A stretch of 64,000 nucleotides of DNA from Basidiobolus meristosporus CBS 931.73 (lineage: Eukaryota; Fungi; Basidiobolomycota), in the NCBI GenBank assembly GCA_002104905.1, contig MCFE01000061.1, positions 62,001 to 126,000 on the forward strand. The letters run 5' to 3'. The notes beneath the pieces were generated by a model. It did no database searches and had not been told where the DNA came from. It worked only from the letters and a program-made list of their open reading frames with translations. Positions 36,350 through 48,750 of this stretch are shown here, piece after piece. Each line of letters opens with the position of its first letter. Position 1 is the first letter of the stretch. The position numbers and the translations under genes were made by a program.

Positions 36350-38928
36350 ATTACTACTTCTTGCTAAAATCATACTAGGATGCAACTTACCATGTACATG
36401 GTACAAGTGGACAACCATCATGCAGCTGGCAACTTATGATCCAGAGACTGTCCTGATTCCAGCATGTGTTAACAGCTGCATAGCACTCACATCTAAAAAT
36501 GCTACCATTGCAACATGTTCAAATTGTGAGGAATCCACCACCAATGTGGGAAAACATTGTTCACACTCCAGATATTTTCCGGTCATACCCTGTCTGAGGA
36601 AGCTGATGCAGTCCAACAAATATTGCAAAGCTATACAGTACCACACTCAGTATCAATCAAGCGCAAGCATATCCAATATATTTGATGGTAAACATTACAA
36701 ACAGCTAAGAAGCAAGGGCTACTTTGAAGGTATGTATGACCATGCCTTTGCTTTTGCACTTGATGGATTCTCATTAAACAAGTACTCTACCAGCAAATCC
36801 TGCTGGCCACTGATTCACATCAATCTGAATCTGCTGCCCATCTTATGGTATCAGAGCAATAATCTGATGGTAGTCTCACTGGTATCTAGGCCTAAATCAC
36901 CATCTAACATGGATAGCTACCTGTATCCATTGCTGGACAAACTTTGTATGCTTTCCAGTGGGATAATTGTAAATGACCATCATGTAAAAGCGCATGTTAT
37001 TATCTGCATTGGAGATACCCCAGCCATCAGCAAGATAGCAGGTTTTTCCAAGCACAATGGATGGTTCTGCTGTTGTATGTATGAGATCCAGGGGATTTAC
37101 TCTATAACTCAGACACATTATTATTACCCAAACACCAGCACTAAGAACATCATCTTTCCACAGAGAGAATGTACCAAAGTAAGCATGCAATTGCAGCAAA
37201 GTTGGCAAGCTATAAGCCATTGGCCAGAATATGGAATCAATTGGAAAACAGAAATACTAATGATAGAGGGTATCTGTTGGGGCAAAAGCTTTCCACTGGG
37301 AGCAATGCATTTGCTTTTCAACAATATCCCTATACTGATGACCATGTTGTACATGGGACATTTCAAGCTAAATGAGCCCTGTGGGATACTGGAAAATTTT
37401 AAAGAATTGGCAAGATATTACAGAGTATCCACTACCCTATGTACTTCTCATGGGCTCCAATTAATATACATACACATATGCAACAATACAAATGCAAAGA
37501 CTGGATGAACTGGATATGTATTTTTTCAAGTGGTGTTCTGAAGCCATTCCTACCAAGAGTACATTGGAAGCATTGGGAGTCATATGTGGACATTGTAGAA
37601 ATATTTATCCAGAAGCAGATCACCAATGCCAACTTGATGCATCTACAGCTGTTGTGTGAGGAGTTTGTAATGGGATTTGAGTGGCTATACTACAAACATA
37701 AAGCTGAATGTGTAGATCTCTGCTGCAACTGTATCCATTCTCTACTCCATCTTGCACAGTGTGTGGAGAATAGATGTATGGGAAGATAGGGAGACAAGTC
37801 AAGTTGCAGGTACTACCATATCCCAATCTCATCAAGAATATTACCTTCAAGTCCATCATAGATGTGATGAGTGGGCACATGAAGGACAGCCAGAAAGAGT
37901 TGGAAAATACTGAGGACAAATGTGCATATGGAGACACCTATGCCTATGGCATTAAGAAGCTAAGCAGCCCCAATGCGTGGGTAATCAGTTAAGTAATGCA
38001 AAGTTGGGTTGGGTGCAACAAGCAACTAATTTCTCTCAGGAAAACTCTGCAAAGATATGCTGGATTTCTTGTGGTCACAAGCCAACTTCTACACCATTCA
38101 ATACAGAATTCACACAAACAAAAGCCAGAGCACACCTATAAGGGGGACTAGAATCCAGCAGGGAGAAGGAATATATTGGCTAAATACCAAGAAGTTCTTT
38201 GCGGATATTCAGGAGGTATTCATGGCTGAAGTGGCAACAACCAAACATATGTTTGCAAGATGTATATGTTACCAGCAGTACAAGATATATGGCAACTTTG
38301 CATGTATCACACTAAAAAGCTGTAAAGTTAAGGTGATAAAAGTATGTCAATTGTGGCAGGTGTGTGCGTTTGTAGAGGTTAGTAAGCAGGAGACCATAGT
38401 TTTTTTTTTATTTGAACTATATGTGGAGCACCCAAGGTAGTAGTGAGTAAGCAAATAAAGAAAGGTGATTCTACAGTGGAATATATGAATTGCACAAGGG
38501 GAGGTAGAAAAAGGAAATACAATTTGGTAAATTGGTACAGTAGCATCATACATAACCATTGGTTGGCCGTCATACTGCCAATATAATGCCATCAGAGTCT
38601 TGCTGTGAGGCTGTTAGAATACCGTCAAGTTTCTTGCCATATAAGGCAATTGGATGTCCTGGCTGACTGGATTTACTTAAAATAGTTATAGAGCGCTGAA
38701 AGACTGCAACAATACCATGCAAATATTGTTACAGCACCGATAAAATATTGTCAAGTTTTATCCCTTTATTTGGCTGTAAAATTAGCAAAACACCATCATG
38801 ATCTTGTTATAAGATTGTTAGGAGGGTCACTAATTCCAAGCTGCTGTTATTATGATGGTCTCTAAATGGGATATTGATGGCTGATCTGGATGGGATCCAC
38901 CTGCGGGACCAAATTATTTCTCATAGGG
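36350..38928 (+). mobile_element. CACTA transposon copy 6 (best preserved), with right terminus
   Basis: The 362-aa ORF 36420-37508 contains FALDGF, VSRPKSPSNMDSYL, CIGDTPAISKIAGF and LGAMHLLFNN. DUF4218-like ORFs follow. Ends TTCTCATAGGG at 38928. Confidence 0.9.
36420..37508 (+). pseudogene. Transposase_21 (Tnp2)-like transposase core, frameshifted downstream
   Basis: Longest open piece. Continues in other frames at 37439-37789, 37774-37992 and 38057-38440. Confidence 0.85.
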
Positions 38929-38929
38929 T

Positions 38930-39210
38930 TAGTGGTAGTATCATTGGTGCAGTGGTAGTGGAAGTCTTCAGCCATTTCTTGCTCAGAGAGGCTGCACATC
39001 TTGCAGAGTTTCTCCTATTTGAATAAAAAGCTTTCACAAGGAGCCCCACAGTGTGATGGAAAGAATGTGCAAGTGGTCACAGCATAGGATTCATTTGGAA
39101 TAGGTAGGTTGGTGTTGTAATTTTGTTAAAATTGATACTCTCTTTTCAATAAATGGGTAATGGCTCAAATCTTCTGATAGATATTGTTTGGGTCCTAGGG
39201 AGCTTGTATG
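38930..39210 (-). mobile_element. Possible non-LTR (LINE) C-terminal zinc-knuckle remnant
   Basis: One minus frame reads EKLCKMCSLSEQEMAEDFHYHCT, resembling the CCHC zf-RVT region. Contains stops. Confidence 0.25.
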
Positions 39211-39594
39211 TGTTGTAAGAGTCTTGGAGATATTGGAAGTGATTGGGAGGACAAGTAGATTATGTGGTTTTTACTTAATGATTTATTGAATGTAAAAGTA
39301 GTATTTATACTTTTACATGGATTTGGCATAACAAACATATAGAATAGATTAAGGAAGGTCCCAAGAACATGTGTGCAAAGTTTGGGGCTGTTTGGACAAC
39401 TTATCTAATTTTCATGACCTGGGTAAATATTCTAGGTAAATCCCAACAAGGAATCTGGTCAGTATTCTCTAGGATTTGAAGGTAATGATCTAAGTGACTA
39501 AGTTAGGTGAGTATATAGGTGGAATTACGAATTTTTACAACATAATCTACTTGTTCTCCCAATCACTTCCAATATCTCCAAGACTCTTACAACA
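39211..39594. repeat. Copia-1 LTR with an inverted duplication of its 54-bp end
   Basis: Minus-strand LTR at 39211-39542, followed by the plus-strand last 54 bp (39541-39594). The two 54-mers match at 53/54 as an inverted repeat. Confidence 0.9.
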
Positions 39595-39807
39595 GTTAAT
39601 GCAGCACATATGTGTAGCTATGGAGCTTATAACTGATTAAAGTTGCTCTATTGTGCCATTGTTCATAGTTCTTGATGGTGCTGTATGCTTTTTTAATGAT
39701 TTTAATTTTGGTCCCAATGTGGCACTGTATGTTTCTATACTGGACATCATGGCACAATCTGGCATGCTATTGCATTCTGCGGCGATATGATCCACCGGAA
39801 TGATGGA

Positions 39808-39890
39808 GCAAGTCCACTATGTGGTTCTCACTTGAGATTTATTGAATGTGAGCATGGTACTTTAACTCTTAAACGCGCTTGGCAAGGCAA
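39808..39890 (-). repeat. Old fragment related to the Copia-1 LTR
   Basis: TATGTGGTTCTCACTTGAGATTTTATTGAATGTGAGCATGGTACTTT resembles TATGTGGTTTTCACTTAATGATTTATTGAATGTAAAAGTGGTATTT. Confidence 0.5.
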
Positions 39891-40039
39891 ATATGTACAA
39901 CATGCTTGATGCTGCAGAGCTTCAATCTTCCGTATCAGAAGCTCTAGTCTTTTTCATGGCAAGCAAGCGTATGTTCTGGAAAGTATTGTACCTGAGTAAT
40001 CCTCATACAAAATACGGCCGCAGTCAGCTTACCAACTCC

Positions 40040-40130
40040 AGAAATATTGACATCTAAAAATAGACTGAAAAATACTAGAAGAAACCAGTAAAATAACATA
40101 CGAAATCCAAGTTTGGAATTTTTCATAGGG
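40040..40130. mobile_element. End of an old CCCTA-type MITE relative
   Basis: GAAATCCAAGTTTGGAATTTTTCATAGGG resembles the MITE end at 1707-1736 (GAATTCCAAGATGGAGATTTTTCATTAGGG). No left end found. Confidence 0.5.
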
Positions 40131-43100
40131 ATTGATTCGCATCGTACAATATAATGGATCAAATTTGACTAAGAATTTGGACAATCAAGTTCGCAAACCA
40201 GGATCTAAATGTGTTTAAAATTCCAAACCATCCCGATAGAAGGTTGGGTCTGGGAATCCTAGAGTTCATTGACTAAGCTATTGTATATGCTCACAACAAC
40301 ATTATCACAAACCTTCATGAAAAGGTACGAGTACAGTCATAATACGAACAAAAACCCGTTTCAAGATTTCTACCAAGGCAAGAGACCGTAATTTATACCC
40401 AATCACTTCCAAGTCCCATCTCAACATCAAGATAGATCGATGCTGCATGTCAGGACTCACCCAAGACATTTGGGAATGCTACTGGGAAAAATATGGATTC
40501 AAGCATCTTACTCCGATCTCCACGCATCACAATCATATGCTGTGTTTACCCAAAATGATATACACCTTAAATTGGATTGGCCTCCAGGAGATGGAATGGA
40601 GTTGACCATTGTAGATTATCAAGCGTTTGTTTATACCAGGAATATATTCGGTCAGCAAAAATACACCCTTGAACTTGTAAATAATTGTTGAGCATGAATG
40701 TTCCCGAGATGTTTGCCACCGTTTCACGGTGTTCAGAAAGTAGCAAACCAAATTGGAGAGGTTGAAGTGGATGATCACGATGAGCCGTGTGGGCAAAAGG
40801 GCGTCTGTAGTGCTTGAGAATATGTAACCCTACGTCCAACCCGTTGAATAGTTGGCTTGCAATCAGTGAACTAAGCGTGAAACTATCTCATTGGGTTGGT
40901 CAACATTTACCCGTGGCTCTTGACCGCCGATAAATGGTTTGTTCGACAGCCACTCGATTCAAGCGCCACACTCCACTTGCGATATGGTGAATCTGGTTAC
41001 ACTGCCGTCGGTAACTCGAAGACATGGTTTCTTCATTTTTCCGGCCCAAGTTGAACATGTGACGGGTGTTGGTGGTAGAAAGAGCTCGAATTGTGTTTCT
41101 CAATACAATCGGAGCAACGGCTTGATGAAACACCTTCAACAACTAAAGCAGACCACCCAACGGTCAATGCGACGGCGAAGGGGATGGGGACACTTACCCG
41201 TGGTTGAGATGCTTCCTGTTGACCACAGCTAGTCAAGCACCCAATCACACGCTCGCCACACGGACTTCTCATCTCAAGTAGAAATGAATCCAGGATTGAA
41301 CCAATTCACGACCTCTTCGCTAGCTACGCACCATTTGCACACCATTCAAATGTGGTGTGGAAGCAACGGCATGGAATATCGCTGAATAAGCTTTGTCCAT
41401 ATGCAACCCGACGCTTAAAATCGGGACCAACCCAAGATCAGCACGATCCGCTTGCGACCGTACGGATTGGAACACCAGGGATTCAATCAGATGACGGCTG
41501 ATGAGTAAGAGGCACCAGGAAACTGACAATTCCCGGGTCACGCGTATCCAGAGGCTAAGGATTCTTAGACGCTTCTAGATCCAACTTTATAATCCGTTTC
41601 TTGACTAAAGGTAGGGCTACTGCCGAAAGAATCAGTTCGAATTCCCTAATTTATACTACCACCTAGCATCAACATGATCACCCGTTAACTACAAGGGTAC
41701 ATTATACAGTCCACTGATGGCCAATCGCTAACCTAGCTCAAATCAACCATGGGCATGGCTCAACTTCGATAAAGCCCACCCCGAGCAACCATAGATTGGT
41801 GTGGAACGACGTTGAATGTGGCCCAGCATAATCCATTCGAATGTGCCTGCGGCTGTATCCACAGACCTTCCAGGTAAACATGGAATATCAGCGCACTTCA
41901 TATCTGATACGTGAAAGCAAATCTCATAGATAACCAGAAGTGGGAACATTGAGAGGATCTGTCAACAGACAACTGGAATGTGGGTTTACTCACGCAGCCA
42001 TGATCCAAATGATCTCATCGAAAATCCGCCCCGATCATACCATCGTAGAATCTTCCACCACTCCATCAGAAATGGAAATTTACTACTCATATGTCGTGTG
42101 CTCAAGAATCCGTCCGATCCTAAGCGTTTCCTAACAAGCAGTGGAAACAGGGCACCTTTGGCTCCAGAGTGTAGATCTCGCTTCAGCGAATGAATGCCAT
42201 TACGGCGTGGTGTCAACAATCCCCCTTGGCCAATCCAGAAGGGAGTGCTATGTTTAGGCTTTTGGTGGAAATCCTGCACCCTGCTGGATCATGTTAACAA
42301 CTAGCACTTCACCAACATTACCCAGCCTGGTGGTATACCTAGACCATCTGGCACTCCACGTAATCAATGTAAATCTTGGCAGCATCACCAAGGAAAAGCG
42401 AAACAGGGAAACAGGGCCAGAAGTTCTGGGTACCAGATAAGCGATTGTCTAAATAAATAAGATGTAGGACATCGCACAATCTGACAAGGATTCCACGACC
42501 TTGGATAGCCACCCAGTCTATATCGAATTGGCCTTATATCTCCCTCCTTTAGGGAATTTCCCGTATTCCTTAGGTAACTACACTACAGCCTATGAAGGAA
42601 TCTAGATTCCACTTGAATAGAAACACAAGATCTAGGAGTTTCATGTATTTACCACTTGCGATAAAGTATATAGAATGCTATTCTATATCGCAGCAACGTC
42701 CAATTCGGGCGGATTTCCATATATGATGTGTATCTTATTAGATACTGCTAAGAAAGGGACATCCATTGGTTACCAATGATCAGATTCGATGGGTCTTGAT
42801 GCTAACAATCTTTATATAGTTGATTATAAATCGAATACCAAACAGTTAATGATGGATGATTACATTGGAAAAGTATAATTTCTGTCGCCAATAATCGCAT
42901 CTTGCGTACCAGTGTTACAAAGTTTATTCACAACTGCCTATTTTTCAAAGGACCATTAATCCCCTAAGGCGACTATCTGGTATGAGAGCCGTTATGCAAT
43001 CTGATGTTTCTTTCGAGTAAGATTTATTGTTAATATGTAATTTTACTTGCTTGCTTCTACGCGCTTGGAACTCAAGATATATACATAGTCAGTTGCTAGT

Positions 43101-43246
43101 AAAGGAAAACTATGCGGTGCTATCTATTACTAGGATGGACAAAATTCCGATGAGGATATAAGTATAATTGGACAAGTGATGATAGTACATAAGGGAAATG
43201 ATAGTCAGTCTACGGATCAACCGTACATTTTTGCAAAGACGGTGAT

Positions 43247-44185
43247 TTAAATGGCAATGGATGTAGCGGTCTGATCCAGGGTTAATACGTGGGTGTGCTC
43301 AATGTGATACTTCAGGCCATTGAGATTTTTATAGCTCTTTCCGCAGTCAGGGTAAGAGCACTTGTAAGGCTTGATGGTTGGCTTGGTGCCATCCGAGTTT
43401 GAGCAATGACCATGTAATTTGTGATACTTCAAACCGTTGGCATTCTTGTACGACTTTTCACATCCTGGGACTGGGCATTTGTATGGCTTCTCAACCACAG
43501 GCTTTTCAGTGGCTGGTTGCTCGAGCTGAAGAACCCCGGTGTTGGCTTGGAGAATATCGTCTACGCCTGTGACGAAATCTGGTGAATACACTGATGGAAT
43601 TCCAGTGAATAACTCCTCTTCGGAATAAGTTTGGGTAAGGGTAGCAGCAAGGTCAAATTCATATGGTGCGATTTTTTTGGGCTGTGTAGTGAATGTTTCT
43701 GGTGCCAATCGTTTTTTTGAGTTCTGTGTATCTCTAAGGATAGAGTCATCGAAAGCGGAAGTGTATGCTTGGTCAATGGAGAACTCTTCGGAGTAAATAT
43801 CGGACAATGCTACAATATCATGATGAAGAGAGTCTGCAACAGGAGAGGAGGGTGCAGTAATCCCAGAATCACTTGAGCCAGACCAATTGTCCCCGTAGAG
43901 CAAGTTGTGAGCGAGATCTTCGTTCTCGAATCGCACATGACATTCCTCGAAGTGCTGGAGAAGATCATGGAGATCATCCAAAACTAAACCACAGCATGAG
44001 AAATCTCTGCAGAAAGATCCCTCCAGATCTCTAGGTTGAAGGAAATCTTCTTGGACGGAAGTCTGGTTTTGATAAATATCTGGGAACTGGAAATCGAAGC
44101 TATAGAATGATTAGAATTCAAAGCTCTTCTGGAGACCTGTGGACTACTGCAAAACTTACTCAAAAGTAGCATATCTGGGATCCAT
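43247..44185 (-). CDS. SFP1: Sfp1-like C2H2 zinc-finger transcription factor (~292 aa, 2 exons: 44185-44160, 44099-43247)
   Basis: N-terminal FCRDFSCCGLVLDDLHDLLQHFEECH. Two fingers KPYKCPVPGCEKSYKNANGLKYHKLHGH and KPYKCSYPDCGKSYKNLNGLKYHIEHTH. The GTAAGT..TAG intron keeps the frame. Confidence 0.88.
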
Positions 44186-46802
44186 TTGTTCGCTTTTGTG
44201 AGTCTTTTGAATGCTTTGCGAAACTTGAGTAGAATAATCGATAGGAGCAGGCATATTTACTAATCGTATGAGATACTGGTGAATTAATTAACGACGGATG
44301 ATCAGCTTTTGGAGCTCCACCTGCAATTTATATAACTTCGAGCAACTTGATCTACGCCCATTGGTTAAAACTAGGATGATCAAGGATTGGTAGGCTTCAC
44401 CTTTGACGTCCCCAACGAAGCGTAAGATGGTTAAAAAGGAATAAATAGTCAGTTCGGATAACGAATCACTGCCCGAGAACCAGAATGGATCAAGTGTGAA
44501 GTGAGACAAATTTGGTAAATCCAAAATTCCTTGCTGATAGTATAAATATATACGATGTTGAAGTTTATCGTTAACTGAATATGTCATGATCACGAATACT
44601 CTGGAATAAACTCGATTCAAATATTATGATCCTCTCGAAGCATCCTCCAGAATTAAGAAACTTCGATCTGCGATATCAGAACAGCTCTACTTTATCAGAA
44701 TATTCCAGGATTCCCTATATATGGACCACATAAGCTGTAATTCTTAATTCGCCCTTACTATTGCTTCCACATTAAATACGTTATGGTTCCACAATTTCGT
44801 AAGATGATCCGATGCAGACCCTGTCTGATCGTTGATGCACAAGACATTACTGAGCACCTGTCAGAATATGGTATTTTGGAATGAATATGCGATAAGCGAT
44901 TAGCACTAGTGCTAGGTCATCTGGTGATTGCACAATGCGCAAGGTGTAGACTTTAGCTTCTGATATTTGTTAAATTGTCGACCCAACTTTTCAGCATTGG
45001 CGCTCTAGAATAATCGGAGCATTCAAAGAGAGGCACTAGATCTATTTCTCGGCATGATTCTGTAATCAGGGGCATACCACCTCTATCCTTCAAACGTGTG
45101 GGTAATAAATCATACTCTTATACACCCGGCCTGAACCGTGCCTAGCCAAAGGAACAGCTGTGTGTAGAGCTCATGTTCTCTGCTACACAAGCGATATTGT
45201 TAACGAATCGCTGCGCTGGCTGAGGTCACTATTTGTCGTGCGGTATATCTTACTTGAATTGCACACCGAGCCAATCTCCTTGAGTTTAGAGTAGCGGTTT
45301 CGAAAGAGCCACAAACCCAGTTCTCGCTGGAGCCAATATCTTTCCATTCTGGGAAAAACGTTACACCAATTACATCGTTGTATATGACGCAGATCATGAT
45401 CGGTACCAGGTGCACAATACTTGTAGCCCATCTCCCTTTCTATAGTGTTGAGGTAAAATGTATGCAATCTTACAATTCTCCATGACTGAATGGAGCCACC
45501 GAGATTTGATTTCTGTCAATTGGTTAGATCCTCAGCATATTATCAGCAAAGTCGAATCCGAGCTGCAGCGGATAAAAGCTGGGTTAGCTGCAATCGCTCC
45601 AATCAAGCGTAACTCAGTTTACCCACGAAGCCATTACAAGTTGCTGTGCTCTCGGTTAAACAAGATACACGGTTTCATAGAAAACCCGGTGTTTCAGCCT
45701 GGAGTTTAACCCATAATAAGGTTTGGTAACTTCCGTTTCCCTGTGCCCTCGTCTTCCGGAATATTGGGATGTCCTGATGAAACAAGGCAAGCAATAGTAG
45801 TAAACCACCACATGATGGTAAGACAAAGACTCGTGGTATCTAGGAGCCACCTGATGGTTATCCTGTGTTCCCGGATTCTAAATCCACCTATGGTCAAGAG
45901 GCTGGCCCCAGTAAGGTAGCTGGACTAATCAGTAGTTAACTCAAGTTTAAATAATATGGTGTAATTGGACTCATCCTGACTTAAGGCGGTGAAAGTGACC
46001 GATCATTGTCAGGGTCAGTTGTCCAACGGAATATTTGGAACGGATGATGGCGTGGCCGAGTGACACTTGGTGCGCTCAGCATTAGGCTAGACCCTTAGTG
46101 TGGTGGTTTTGCTTCATTAGTTTTCCGTTGGTGGACAGCAGCCAAGGGATGTGTGTAAAGCAGCCCCAATCCAAAGAGTGGTTCGAGGTGCTGACGAAGA
46201 GAGCGCCAATTGCACTCGTAATAGTTTCGATGAATCCGTCTTGCCATTAGCTCATCTATCTTGTTGGGTTGGATGATTAGTTAGCCGTTTGGTGTATTCA
46301 TGCACGAGTAGCTTTGGATCCTATGTGAGTAGCCTTCCAACTACTGTAGAGTATTCTACGCCTTTGCCAGCCTGAACGAATTTTATATCTGTACATCAAT
46401 CAGATGTTAAAAAAGGATGTAGGCTCCGAGTACCTCCTGAGTACTAGGAGCTCTTCATCTCAATTATGCATGGCATAATACTCATAAAGTCTAGTGAATG
46501 GCATGTGGCAAAAGAATAACTTAGGAAACCGGTCTTTGTGTGAGGCAGATGTATTTCATGACACGGTCAGCGAACACCTTCAACAACTATCGCTTCGGAT
46601 GCACAAAACAAAGCTTGAATATTTTTGTTTGGCTCAGAATCAGTAGTACCAGGTAAATCACGATTTACACTTGATTTTAGTATCATTACTACACTACCAA
46701 TTGATCAAATCAAAGATCGATCATTAAAATTTGGTTTATTACAGAGTCCTTGTTGCGTATGTAACTTAGCTACCATCGAACCTCTTGTCCACTCTCTTGA
46801 AA

Positions 46803-48186
46803 ATGGTTTCCGAAACTCTAGAAGAGATACAAAGCAGACATAAGAAGGAAAACAAAGAGCTTCAAAACAAGCTTACTGCCCTAAAGAAAACTGCTACCAA
46901 AGGCGACAAGAAGAAGAAGAAAGAGGTGCAAGTTGAAATGGCGCAATTAGAGCAAGAGGTTCAGCAACGACACGAGCAAGAGTTGAAGGATTTCATGGTT
47001 AGGGGGGACAATGGTGCAGAAGATAGAGCGGAAGAAATACCCGAGGTGAATGCTCCATTGTATCACAAAGCCTCCTATCTGTAGCTAATTGTGCACTTCT
47101 ACTGTTCTAGGGAGACAATGGGATTCAGAAAATGACTGAAAATCTTACAATTGAGGATGCTGGAAATGTGGAAAATACACCCACAGTTGAGGGTAAGGGC
47201 AAGAAAAATAGAAGCAAAGCCCGCAAAGTAGGTCACCCCAGTTATATGATCGACAAGACAAGGACGGCTAATCGCTTTTAAAGGATCGTAAAGCTGCAAA
47301 AATTTTGCAGATGCAACAAGAAGCTGAGGAAGAAGCAGCAACTATGGATAATGTTCAAGAGCGAGAAAAGATAGCATTCGATGAGCTCTTGCAAACTATT
47401 GGCTTTAGTATGAAGGAGGTACGATTCGTCACCATATGTTAACATGGGCCTAGCGTTAATTTTACTCTTTAGGTTACCGCTGATGGGCACTGGTAAGCAC
47501 TGCATATTTCGACTCACAATCTCGGATCGCACTCATCAATGCAACCATTCATGATAGCCTGTACAATGCTGTTGCTGATCAATTGAACTCGCTCTATAAC
47601 ATCAAGGTATATGGAATTGATAGCATTGCATGATGTATTTGGACCTCATTCATGCTCCAATTAGGTTTCTTACGGGGATCTTCGTAAGCAGACAGCAGAA
47701 TATTTGTCCAACAACAAGGCCGATTTCCTGCCATTCATGACGAACAATAATGGTGACATGATGTCTGATGGTAGGTTAGCCATTCATGACGGGGTATTCC
47801 AGGTTCAAACAATTTACTTCTTGTAGATGAGTTCAACACATATTGCGATGACTTGAAGAATACTGCTGTCTGGGGCGGTCAACAAGAGGTAATTCGCCAG
47901 CGGTTGGTTGTTAGATCCTTGCCGACTGACTTTCCCCCTTCAAAGATTGTCGCGATGTCCAAGGTTTACCAAGTGCCAATATATGTCTATCAAGTTGGTA
48001 TTCCTACATTGAAGATATCGGAGGAAATCGCCAAAGAGCCGCTGCGTATTTCGTATCCTTTTAACCGCATATGCATTCTGAATCCTGTCTTCCTGCATTC
48101 AATCCCTAACTCGATCAAGCTATCATCTCCATGCTTTTGGCCTTGGAGAACACTACAACTCTCTACACAAGAAAACGGCCGCCTGA
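46803..48186 (+). CDS. OTU2: OTU-domain deubiquitinase, Otu2/OTUD6B-like, multi-exon
   Basis: N-terminal RHKKENKELQNK..KKKKKEV coiled coil, ADGHCLYNAVADQL catalytic Cys box, TAVWGGQQE, and SYHLHAFGLGEHYNSL His box after joining GT-AG exons. Confidence 0.92.
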
Positions 48187-48750
48187 ATGCCAGTATGAGC
48201 AGCGCAGACCTTACAGAAACACTGGTTTTCACCGCAGCAGTCAATAAAATACCACTTCAACTTGCTATAAATTGCTAGATCGAGCCGTCAGCAAGCATCA
48301 CATAATTTTCTTGATGCTCAATCAAAGCTCAAGTGATAAGTAAATATGGGTCAAAGCCGAGGCTAACCGTACACTAGAGTGCACGGAATGCCGATCAACG
48401 AAGCCCTGCTAAGGATATATATAGAACACGTGCGATACGAAACTATCCCCTTCAGTTTGCAATCATTGGTCAGTGCTAGATAACTTCGCACGGCTAAATC
48501 AACTGTTCTCCAAGTAATTTCCAGGGTGGAAGGTTTCTATATGACTACCACAATTCCGGGAATCTTCGATTGTTTCAATTGCTTGGATGAACTCGGATCG
48601 TTCGATCTGCGTCGATAGTCGTTGCTGATTTATTTGTCTTGTATAAATAAGATCCGTGTTATAATCGATGGTTACATCCTACGGTTTACTACACCAGTCT
48701 TGGAGCAAAGGCTTATAGTATTCTCCCCGGAAAGTACTATTAACACCGTC

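Noticed and set aside
1-39600. LTR-A, Copia-1 LTR and transposase repeats as a CRISPR-like or satellite array
   Set aside because: They are dispersed TE copies hundreds of bases long, with TSDs and no regular repeat-spacer period.
310-39600. Numerous 60-130 aa ORFs antisense to TE genes
   Set aside because: Shadow ORFs of TE coding sequence with no independent motifs.
39944-40162. ORF with a signal-peptide-like hydrophobic stretch
   Set aside because: It reads through the CCCTATGAAAAA terminus and resembles the spurious ORF 1591-1827 across the MITE end, so it is repeat-derived.
41540-41650. B-box-like GTTCGAATTCC suggesting a tRNA or SINE
   Set aside because: No cloverleaf, acceptor stem or correctly spaced A-box could be built.
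44288-46600. Short ORFs upstream of SFP1 (LRR-like LPNLSHFTL, kinase-like HRDL)
   Set aside because: Isolated 4-9 residue resemblances on conflicting strands with no coherent exon chain.
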